Source: Candidatus Tenderia sp. (GTDB lineage: Bacteria; Pseudomonadota; Gammaproteobacteria; Tenderiales; Tenderiaceae). From it: DNA of 54,557 nt. The stretch lies in the NCBI GenBank assembly GCA_030148045.1, contig JASBUE010000068.1, forward strand, positions 1 to 54,557. The letters run 5' to 3'. Under the pieces are notes generated by a model that searched no databases, was not told the origin of the DNA, and worked only from the letters and a program-made list of their open reading frames with translations. The position numbers and the translations under genes were made by a program. Below, piece by piece: positions 27,714 to 35,802 of the stretch. The first letter of the stretch is position 1. Each line of letters starts with the position of its first letter.

Positions 27714-28706
27714 TTAAGATAATAGTTCGTCGGGGGTGTCGATGACGTGCTGGACGCGCTGTACCACGCTGGTGAGCAGGGCCATGCGGATGTAAACGGC
27801 GCCGCGGGCCTGGGCGAAATACCAGTTGTGGTCGGTGTCGTCCAGGTCGGTGGACAGCTCGTCGCCGCGCGCCAGCGGATGCATGATGATCGAGCCCGCT
27901 TTGAGCGGGGAGCCGGCGTTGAGCTTCAGATCTTCGCCCATGCGCTCGAAGGTGTCGCCGACCCAGGCGATGGAGTTGATGTACACCACGTCCAGCTTCG
28001 GCAGTTCCTTGTTCAGCGAGTGACTGACGCGGATGTTGAGCCCCTCTTGCTGCAGTTCCTCCAGCTGGCCTTCATCGTACGGATGATCATCCTCGCAGAT
28101 CACCACCACCTCCTCGAAGGCGTGAGCGTAGAGCGACATCATGATCAACAGCGAACGCACGGTGCGCATCTTGTTGGGCACACCGATGATGCCTATGCGC
28201 GCCTTGTCCTGCGTCGCCACCTGCCCGTCTAACAGCTGGGGACGCCATTTGAAAATGGCGAACATGTCGGTCAGCGCCTGGGTGGGATGCTCGTCGATGC
28301 CGTTGCCCGCATTGATAATGGGGATGCGCAGCGCATCCAGCATCTCGTAGACGGCGTCTTCGTTGCGGTCGCGCAATACCACCACGTCACCATAGTGATT
28401 GAACATTTCGGCCACGTCGCCCAGCGATTCGCCCTTGGCGATGCCGGTGGTGGCGGGATCGGTGATGCTCATCACATCGCCACCCAGGCGATGCCAGGCG
28501 CTCTCGAAGGAGAGCCGCGTGCGCGTGCTGGGCTCGTAAAAGGCGTTGATCAGGATCTTGCCCTTAAGCGGCGGGAACAGATTGGGCGAGGTCTCGTACA
28601 GGGCCGCCAGGCGGCAGATCTGGGCGATTTTGTCGCGGCTGAACTGGCGCGCCGAGACGATGGGCATGCCGGCCAGGTCGACCAGGTATTGTGGATCTTC
28701 CTCCAC
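27714..28706 (-). CDS. Aspartate/ornithine carbamoyltransferase-fold enzyme with a divergent acceptor-binding domain
   Basis: STRTRLSFE, HPTQAL and HPLARGDE are present, but the canonical Y(M)TR(V)QKER segment reads YINSIAWVGDTFER. Start uncertain; see the upstream GTG 28796 finding. Confidence 0.8.
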   Translation of the reverse strand: MEEDPQYLVDLAGMPIVSARQFSRDKIAQICRLAALYETSPNLFPPLKGKILINAFYEPSTRTRLSFESAWHRLGGDVMSITDPATTGIAKGESLGDVAEMFNHYGDVVVLRDRNEDAVYEMLDALRIPIINAGNGIDEHPTQALTDMFAIFKWRPQLLDGQVATQDKARIGIIGVPNKMRTVRSLLIMMSLYAHAFEEVVVICEDDHPYDEGQLEELQQEGLNIRVSHSLNKELPKLDVVYINSIAWVGDTFERMGEDLKLNAGSPLKAGSIIMHPLARGDELSTDLDDTDHNWYFAQARGAVYIRMALLTSVVQRVQHVIDTPDELLS

Positions 28707-28900
28707 CTGGTCGAGCAGGCGCTGCGGCCGCTAGATGCCGTCGCGCCATTTGGCGGGGGTGACCGGATTCCTGAGCAGGGGGTGAAGTGGTTTCACCGGG
28801 TCTCTCCTTATTCTTTAAACAGGTGTGGAAAATCAAATACTGAGCAGTGTCTGTGTCAACGGTATGACGCCGGACAGGGGCATTGGCCTGCATGAGGTAT

Positions 28901-29632
28901 TCATCTGGCCTTCTCCTTCAGGTCGGCCAGTTCCGCCAGCGCCTCTTGCGTGGAAATGACGCGGGCATAACGATCCTTCATGGTGGTGATGGTGGCCTTT
29001 TGCAGCTCGGGCGTCACCGTGGCGCAGCCGTCCTCGATCAGGGTGACGTAGAAGCCGAGATCGCAGGCATCCCTGATGGCGGTGGAGACGCATTCGTTAC
29101 TGTAGACGCCGGCGATGTACAGGCCGGTGATTTCCATGTTGCGCAGGATGTATTCCACATTGGTGGCGTTGAAGACACCGCTGGCGGTCTTGTTGATGAC
29201 GATTTCATCGCCCTGGGGCGCCACCTGGGGCAGGAATTCGGCCTCCTTGGAGCCGGGCGGTGCGTGCAGCTTGAGCCGCTTGTGCCCCGGGCCGCGGTCG
29301 CGACCGTCTTGGGTCAGGGATTGGATGCGGGTGTGGATGACCTCCAGCCCTTTGCGTCTGAAACCGTCCTGCAGCTTGCGCACATTGGGCAGCACGGTTT
29401 CTTCCAGGCGGTTGAAATAATACTCCTGGGCCTCCACCGGCACGCCTGATTTCTCCACGTCGGCAAACACGCCGTAGCCGGGGGCGGCGTCGAGGAATTG
29501 CAGATCGATGGTCAGCAGGGCGGTATGGTATTGCTCCAGCGACTTGTGGACCGCCGGGGCATCGGTAATCGATTCGCGATAGGTTTCGCGTAAGGGGTCG
29601 ACATTGACAAATTCTTGGTGTTTTATCGTCAT
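28901..29632 (-). CDS. Isochorismatase-family cysteine hydrolase (amidase-like)
   Basis: ALLTIDLQ near the N-terminus. ...LYIAGVYSNECVSTAIRDA (catalytic Cys context) is typical of isochorismatase/CSHase/RutB-type hydrolases. The start overlaps the upstream stop (ATGA). Confidence 0.8.
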   Translation of the reverse strand: MTIKHQEFVNVDPLRETYRESITDAPAVHKSLEQYHTALLTIDLQFLDAAPGYGVFADVEKSGVPVEAQEYYFNRLEETVLPNVRKLQDGFRRKGLEVIHTRIQSLTQDGRDRGPGHKRLKLHAPPGSKEAEFLPQVAPQGDEIVINKTASGVFNATNVEYILRNMEITGLYIAGVYSNECVSTAIRDACDLGFYVTLIEDGCATVTPELQKATITTMKDRYARVISTQEALAELADLKEKAR

Positions 29633-30489
29633 TTTTCGCTAGCCAGCTTGTGGAGGGTGTTCAGTAATATGTTAGCCCCGTTTTCGATATCCTCCCAGGC
29701 GGTCCATTCGGCCGGCGAATGGCTGCGGCCGTCCTTGCTGGGGACGAAGATCATGCCGGCGCGGGTTATCTTCGACATGATCTGGGTGTCGTGGGCGGCG
29801 CCGCTGGGCATTTGCAGCATGGATAGGCCATCGGCCTGGGCCGACTCGCTGATCAGTTGCATCACGCCGGGATCGCATTTCACCGGCGCGATATCGCTCA
29901 GTACTTCGAATTCGAACATCAAGTCGCGGCGCCGGGCGATGGCGGAGATGGCGCGGCGGAAGGCACTGGACAACTCTTCCAGTTTTTCATGATTGGTTTC
30001 GCGCACGTCGAGCGAGAATTCCACCAGGCCGGGCACCACGTTGGCGGCGCCCGGTGACAATTCGACGCAGCCGATGGTGGCGACGCTGCTGGGGCTGCCG
30101 TGCTCTTCCAGGATGCGGGGAATCTCGCCGGAGAATTCCGCCAGGCCTTGAAAGGCATCCTGGCGCATGTCCATGGGCGTGGAACCGGCATGGCCGGCCA
30201 TGCCGAACAGCTTCACATTCCATTTGAACAGGCCGGCGATGGCATCCACCACGCCGATCTTGATATGGCGGCGATCGAGCACCGGCCCCTGCTCGATATG
30301 CAATTCCACAAAGGCGTGAATGCTCTCGGCCGGTCGCGCGGCGCTCAGGGCGTCCATGGCGTTCATGCCCCAGTGGGCCATGGCCTCGCTGATGGAGATG
30401 CCGTCGAGGTCACGAGAATGATAGATACTTTCGGGCGTCAGGCGGCCGCAGATGGCGCTGGAGCCGAAGATGCCGCCGAAGCGTCCCTC
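29629..30489 (-). CDS. M20-family N-carbamoyl-L-amino-acid / allantoate amidohydrolase-like enzyme, part downstream of an in-frame TAG
   Basis: In frame with 30490..30870. Reads EGRFGGIFGSSAICG...FVELHIEQGPVL...AGHAGSTPM...SGAAHDTQ. The ORF track begins at ATG 30381, but the frame is open from 30489. Confidence 0.8.
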   Translation of the reverse strand, partial: EGRFGGIFGSSAICGRLTPESIYHSRDLDGISISEAMAHWGMNAMDALSAARPAESIHAFVELHIEQGPVLDRRHIKIGVVDAIAGLFKWNVKLFGMAGHAGSTPMDMRQDAFQGLAEFSGEIPRILEEHGSPSSVATIGCVELSPGAANVVPGLVEFSLDVRETNHEKLEELSSAFRRAISAIARRRDLMFEFEVLSDIAPVKCDPGVMQLISESAQADGLSMLQMPSGAAHDTQIMSKITRAGMIFVPSKDGRSHSPAEWTAWEDIENGANILLNTLHKLASEK

Positions 30490-30870
30490 CTAATCGGAGA
30501 AGGCCACGGCCTCCAGCGGCCGCACAACATCGACCTCTTGTTCCTTGAGACAGCGCAGGCACTCCAATCCGGCCACCACGCCCAAGGCGCCGTCCAGTTG
30601 TCCGCCGCCGGGCACCGAATCGATATGGGAACCGGTCATGACGCTGGCCTTGCCCTCGCGCCAATGGAGACGGGCGTGAACATTGGCCGCGCCATCCATA
30701 TAATAGTCCAGCCCGGCGCTCTCGATACGTTGACGCAACCAGTCCCGGGCCTGCATGTCGGCGGCGCTGAAGGCCATGCGGTAGATGCCCTGGTCTTCCG
30801 CCCGGCCGATTTCGGCCAGCGCGGCGAGATCATCGCGCAAACGCTCGGCATTGATTCTGAGGCTGCTCAT
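30490..30870 (-). CDS. M20-family amidohydrolase, N-terminal part ending at an in-frame TAG
   Basis: MSSLRINAERLRDDLAALAEIG...GSHIDSVPGGGQLDGALGV...AVAFSD-TAG. Family members read DEEG here. Confidence 0.8.
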   Translation of the reverse strand: MSSLRINAERLRDDLAALAEIGRAEDQGIYRMAFSAADMQARDWLRQRIESAGLDYYMDGAANVHARLHWREGKASVMTGSHIDSVPGGGQLDGALGVVAGLECLRCLKEQEVDVVRPLEAVAFSD

Positions 30871-31566
30871 GATGGGCGGGCTCCGATATTGCTGGGCGGG
30901 ATGAAAAATTGGCGCTGCGCGGAAGCAGTGTCCGGCACCAGTGCAGGGGCGGGGCTTTGCGCGCGAATCGCTGTGTGTGCAAATGGGTTTGGGCTGTGAA
31001 GCGACGCCCTGCCTATCGACAGGGCGGCTTGTTGTGAAGTCGATTCATCTCTGGTGGGATTGGTAATATCGAGCATATATTCCTGTATCGAGTTTTCCGT
31101 CATCTGACTATGTGGTCAATCTCAACTCCGTTCACCGTCATACATGAACGCCAACCGTTGTTTGTGAGTCAGAAGACTGGATAAACGGCAGCGGGGCATT
31201 CATCAAGCATTCACTCCGTCGATGTTGCCGGCCTTGCCATTCGGGTGTTTGGATCGAATGTACTCACTATCCGCGTCGGTGTTTTTTCGTCTTGGATCAG
31301 TCAGGGCCTGATGCGAAAAACAGCTTCCGTATTGGCCGGCATTCGCTAACCCCTTATTCATTCAAAAGGTTTTGGCTCTGAATGTCAAATTTTCGAGGCC
31401 GTAGGGGATGGTTTTGCGCTTGTAATATGCTGCGAAACAGGCGCTTATACAGACCGTAAAAAGCACGTAATAATTTTGTTGTTTCTCTGCGCGGAAAAGC
31501 CGGATGCTGATATCATCGCCTCGCGATGATTTAGGGGGCGTTTTTCGATGACCGAGACACCCAGCG

Positions 31567-31806
31567 ATGAATATGTTTAGTAAGGTCCCGTTCTTGCGCA
31601 ACATCGCCTTGACAGCGCCGTATTTTCACTTAGGAAAGGTCCGAAGCTTGAGGCGGGTGGTCGGCGTGATGGGCTCCGCCCAGCTGGATATCCAGCTTAC
31701 AGACAGTGAAGCTGAAAAGATCGTTGCATTCCTGCATGCGCTGCCAGGTGACCAGCCCAAGGTCGGCTATCTGGTCTTGCCGCCGATTACGCCTTCCACA
31801 CACTAG
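31567..31806 (+). pseudogene. C-terminal remnant of a di-heme cytochrome c peroxidase (CCP/MauG family)
   Basis: FSKVPFLRNIALTAPYFHLGKVRSLRRVV..M....L...E...IVAFLHALPGD matches the CCP C-terminal signature. Upstream frames are broken, no heme motifs remain, and the surrounding sequence is AT-richer. Confidence 0.6.
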
Positions 31807-32028
31807 CCCACTGGAATCGGCCGCCTTTGTCGGACGGCCTCGTGGCACTCACGTTTGTGAGTTCGGTACAGGAATGTTGAGTGACCTATTGCAGTCTTGT
31901 AGGCGGTGCATTGAGGTTGCTTGACAGGTATCAATCCCCCATCTACTTTGAGTTTTGACTTCTTTAAAAAACGATCTTAATAATTTAATTATTAAGTGAT
32001 AACTGGTGGCGTATCCAGGGAGGGGGCA

Positions 32029-33045
32029 ATGAAAAGAATTACTCGGCGTGAGTTTCTGGGCATCTCTCTTAAGGCCGGTGCGGCGACGATGTTTGCGGGC
32101 ATGTTCGCACCTTCGGCAACCAGCTTGATGGGTTTGGGTGGCGTGGCTCATGCCGCCACCAAGAGTATCTCACCATTCAGCTTTGCGGTAATTACAGATT
32201 CACATCTCTACGATATTCCAGACCATAAATTTGACGCAATCCTGGAAAAGGCCGTGGCCGATGTTAACAGCCTTAAGCCTCAGCCCGACTTCGTGCTCTA
32301 TTCAGGCGACTTGGCGCAGTTTGGCAAGGAGGCGGAGTTGGTCAAAGGAAAACGCATTCTCGATAAGTTGAAGGTGCCTTATAAGATCATCCCCGGGGAG
32401 CATGACTATTACCTGGATATGGGTAAGGCCTGGCGCAAGATGTTCGGTAATGAGCATTGGTCCTTCGATCACAAGGGTACCCACATCATCGGCATGAACT
32501 CCATCCTGGTCGATGATTTCTGGACGCTGCGCGAACTGACCCCGACGGAGCGCATGGGCTACATGGCGGAATTGGAATGCCATCAATGCGGCCTTTGGGG
32601 AGTGCATGATAAACAGCTTGACTGGCTGGAGAAGGACGTCAAAAACTTGAGTCCGGATACGCCGGTGATCATTATGACCCATTCGCCGCTCTGGGATTAC
32701 TACCCGCGCTGGAATTTTCAGACGGTCGATGCCCCCGAGATCCGTTTGTTGCTACGTAAATTCGAGAAGGTGATGGCGATCCATGGGCATATTCACCAAG
32801 TGGTTTACAATTCCGTTGGTAATATCAGCTCGGCCGGACTGCTGTCCACCTCCTGGCCCTGGCCTTATCCGCCGGTGGATCTGCCTTATCCTCACATCAA
32901 GATGAATCGCGTCGACCCCGGTGATTTTGAAGACGGTTTGGGTACCCATGCTGTCGATCTCGCCAAGAATTTTGACGGCATCTTGAACTACCGTGCGTTC
33001 TCCGATCTGTTGCCGGAAAACGTTAAACGCGGTGTCAAACTTTGA
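32029..33045 (+). CDS. Twin-arginine-exported metallophosphoesterase
   Basis: TAT signal MKRITRREFLGISLKAGAA. Calcineurin-like motifs ITDSH, SGDLAQ, PGEHDY, MTHSPLW, IHGHIHQ. SD before ATG 32029. Confidence 0.8.
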   Translation: MKRITRREFLGISLKAGAATMFAGMFAPSATSLMGLGGVAHAATKSISPFSFAVITDSHLYDIPDHKFDAILEKAVADVNSLKPQPDFVLYSGDLAQFGKEAELVKGKRILDKLKVPYKIIPGEHDYYLDMGKAWRKMFGNEHWSFDHKGTHIIGMNSILVDDFWTLRELTPTERMGYMAELECHQCGLWGVHDKQLDWLEKDVKNLSPDTPVIIMTHSPLWDYYPRWNFQTVDAPEIRLLLRKFEKVMAIHGHIHQVVYNSVGNISSAGLLSTSWPWPYPPVDLPYPHIKMNRVDPGDFEDGLGTHAVDLAKNFDGILNYRAFSDLLPENVKRGVKL

Positions 33046-33060
33046 TCGGGGGGTGGGACG

Positions 33061-33555
33061 ATGAACAAGCATAAATATCAATCACTTGGTTTTACGGTTT
33101 TAGGAAGCTGCGTTCTGGCTATGATACTCAGCATGAGTACGCTCCAAGCCAAGGAGCCGTTTACCAGCGCCGAAGCGGAAGATCAGAGGAATATGCTGAT
33201 GGAGTTTGTGGCGCGAGGCGATGCCTTGTGGCACAGTGAAGCTCTGGGTACCAACGGGCTAGCCTGCGGCAACTGCCATCCAGACGGCTCCGCCACCAAT
33301 CCCCACACCTGGCCCAAATATCAGACCAACCTGGGCAAGGTGGGAACCCTGCGCGAGATGATCAACTGGTGTATTGCGGTGCCCATGCTTGGCAAGCCCT
33401 TGGCCTTGGACAGCGATGACATGATCGCCATGGAAGCCTATGCCACGTATATGCATCGCGGGATAGCCATCGCGCCGGCCAAGGATGAACAGCATGGCGG
33501 GGTTCCCGTGATCAGCGGGCCAGGTTATCCGAACGCCATCGGCGGCAATCGCTAG
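33061..33555 (+). CDS. Periplasmic monoheme c-type cytochrome (SoxA-like segment suspected)
   Basis: Signal peptide and a single CGNCH motif. TLREMINWCIAVPMLGKPLALDSDDMIAMEAYATYM resembles the conserved helix region of SoxA-type cytochromes (recognised from memory, unverified). Confidence 0.65.
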   Translation: MNKHKYQSLGFTVLGSCVLAMILSMSTLQAKEPFTSAEAEDQRNMLMEFVARGDALWHSEALGTNGLACGNCHPDGSATNPHTWPKYQTNLGKVGTLREMINWCIAVPMLGKPLALDSDDMIAMEAYATYMHRGIAIAPAKDEQHGGVPVISGPGYPNAIGGNR

Positions 33556-33593
33556 GGTCTTTGTTGATCCACGAGAATCCATGAGGGGGCATC

Positions 33594-34139
33594 ATGCTTA
33601 AGCAGATACTCGTTGTGCTGTTCGTATTTTCAGTCTGCTCGTCGGTTTGGGCAGAAACCTGTCGTAGTGACCGCGCGGCCTCTACGCCCAGCAGCCGGTT
33701 CGCTACCCAAGGCGCCACAGTTACGGATCAAGATACGGAGCTTTCCTGGATGCGTTGTGCCGTGGGGCAACGTTGGAGTGGAGAGACCTGTGTCGGTAAG
33801 GCGCAAAGCTTCGACTGGCGGCAGGCCATGGCCCAGGTCGAGCGCATTAACGCTCAGCAGCTGGGTGGCCATAGCGACTGGCGCATGCCCATCGTCCCAG
33901 AGCTTGCCTCCATCGTTGAACGTAAATGCTTCAATCCGCGCCTGAACACCGAAGTGTTCACCGGTGCGCCGTCGGAGATCTTCTGGACCGCCATGGAAAA
34001 GATGGGGCGGCCGGACTATGCCTACACGCTAGATTTTGGTGGCGGTGCCGCTAGGGCGACGGATAAGCACGATGCCGCAGCCGTGCGCTTGGTGCGTGGC
34101 GGCCCATGGTGGGAGCCGCCGGTAATGTCACAGCGTTGA
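33594..34139 (+). CDS. DUF1566 (Lcl C-terminal-like) secreted protein
   Basis: Signal peptide. LSWMRCAVGQRWSG..C.G.A....W..A......GGHSDWRMPIVPELASIV is the DUF1566 pattern. Confidence 0.75.
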   Translation: MLKQILVVLFVFSVCSSVWAETCRSDRAASTPSSRFATQGATVTDQDTELSWMRCAVGQRWSGETCVGKAQSFDWRQAMAQVERINAQQLGGHSDWRMPIVPELASIVERKCFNPRLNTEVFTGAPSEIFWTAMEKMGRPDYAYTLDFGGGAARATDKHDAAAVRLVRGGPWWEPPVMSQR

Positions 34140-34214
34140 GATATGAACTGGGCGGCATTAGCCCGGCCTGAGGCTATTACGGCATGGCGGTGCAAGCCGG
34201 GCAGAGATCGTGGC

Positions 34215-34520
34215 TCAGCAGGGGCACCCCCAGGTGTGGGGCGTTAGTTGCAGCTCCATAAATTGTTTCACCTCGGCCGAATCGCATCGGAACGGCACCA
34301 TGGTACTGCGGCCGGAGCGTCTCAGTGCCGCGAACAGTTGTTCATAAAGTTCGCTCAACTTCCAGCCGGCGATGAACAGATGCAAATGGTGGCCCTCGAC
34401 CTGGGTGCGGATTAGTTCGGCGGCATCGTTGTGCTTGGCGAATGCCAGCCAAGACGTGCCGACATCGACGATGACATCCCTGGCGTCGATTTCGTAACAG
34501 TATTCATTGATAGTTTCCAT
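34215..34520 (-). CDS. Hypothetical 101-aa protein
   Basis: Clean ORF 25 nt downstream of the DUF900 gene on the same strand. No motif recognised; ends ...TWGCPC. Confidence 0.4.
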   Translation of the reverse strand: METINEYCYEIDARDVIVDVGTSWLAFAKHNDAAELIRTQVEGHHLHLFIAGWKLSELYEQLFAALRRSGRSTMVPFRCDSAEVKQFMELQLTPHTWGCPC

Positions 34521-34545
34521 GGCATATCAAAACCGCTTATATGTC

Positions 34546-35694
34546 TTATCGCAACTCCCAGACATTGTTGTAATTGGCGTGCCGCCGGCGTTGCCGTAGG
34601 GTGTTGTCGTCATGGGGAATGCCGTCAATGCTATAGCGGATGTCGCTGTTGACGGGGCCCCAAAGATAATAGCTGTGTTCCACCAGGCCCTTGACCAGGG
34701 CGGAGCAATCCACCTGATGCGCCTTACGGTGCAGCTGTGCTGGTCGGGCGGCGCCTTCATGGCCGAGCCGGTCCGGGTGCCCTTTGGTGTAATCCGATAC
34801 GTACATCGCCAGGTCACCCCTGTTGTGATAGACCGTGACGCTACGGGTGATTTCATGCAGGTCGCGCATGGCTTTGCCCGGTTCGAGCACATCGTCGTCC
34901 ACATCCGCGGCGCTCAGGAATATATGTGAAAACAACCGCGGCAGGTTATTGCCATTGGCGAAGTCGCGCATCCGGGCCAGGGTGTTCTGCAATACGTAAT
35001 TGCCCATGGAGTGACACAGCAGGTGCAGCTCCTGGTCGCATAAGGGGTTGCCGGTGGCGTTGCAGTCGGTCTTGAGTTCGGCGAGAAAGTCGCGCAGCTT
35101 GAGCAGGCCGCGACCGAAGGCATAACCGGAGCCCTTGGCCTCGGAACGGTCGGATTTGTAAGAGACATAGGGCAGGGCCTTGCCGTCCGAGGGCCAGGTG
35201 AACAGCACCACCAGCACTTCCTTGCCGTCCTGGTGCCGGTGGCGGTTGAGCATCAGCTGCAAGGCCAAGGCCGCGCCCACGGCTTCATGCCAATTGACGT
35301 TAAAGCCGTGGATGTAGACCAGCACGTCGGATTGCTTGAGCATGAGCTTGCGCAGGTCCTCGAACATGGAGGCGGAGCCGAATTTGGCGTTCGGCTGGTG
35401 CGCGTCGGCGATGTCGCGCTTGATGCGCTCCCGGTAGGCCTTGATGGTGGAGGATTCAGCGCCGCATTTGGCCAGATAGTCGGCCAGCTTTTCGCCGTCG
35501 CCGGCATCGCTCTGATTGCCCTTGCGGCGTTTCAGATGCCTGTCGATGATGACGGGGTCGGCCTCCAGCGTTACCTGCCCGAAGCGCAGGTTCTCCATGC
35601 CGTCGCTACTGAAGTCGGTGCCGTATCCGTCCGGTGCCCAGCGGTTCTCGCCTTGATGGCGCCGATTGGTGGCGTAGAACAGTCTCAGTTTCAT
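34546..35694 (-). CDS. Alpha/beta hydrolase, DUF900 type
   Basis: N-terminal LFYATNR. VLVYIHGFNVNW. Nucleophile elbow LLCHSMGNYV. Confidence 0.75.
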   Translation of the reverse strand: MKLRLFYATNRRHQGENRWAPDGYGTDFSSDGMENLRFGQVTLEADPVIIDRHLKRRKGNQSDAGDGEKLADYLAKCGAESSTIKAYRERIKRDIADAHQPNAKFGSASMFEDLRKLMLKQSDVLVYIHGFNVNWHEAVGAALALQLMLNRHRHQDGKEVLVVLFTWPSDGKALPYVSYKSDRSEAKGSGYAFGRGLLKLRDFLAELKTDCNATGNPLCDQELHLLCHSMGNYVLQNTLARMRDFANGNNLPRLFSHIFLSAADVDDDVLEPGKAMRDLHEITRSVTVYHNRGDLAMYVSDYTKGHPDRLGHEGAARPAQLHRKAHQVDCSALVKGLVEHSYYLWGPVNSDIRYSIDGIPHDDNTLRQRRRHANYNNVWELR

Positions 35695-35802
35695 CCCTAA
35701 CCCTCCCCCTTGAATCTGCAGCCGTCGGCCCGGCGGTGGTTATCCTTTGCATTTTTGTTGGTCCGGTATCCATACCAATCGTTATTGAAGCGGCGGCTTG
35801 TG

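Noticed and set aside
30867-31103. 78-aa minus-strand ORF overlapping the start of the amidohydrolase gene
   Set aside because: No SD and a low-complexity translation. It lies in the probable promoter/leader region of the cluster.
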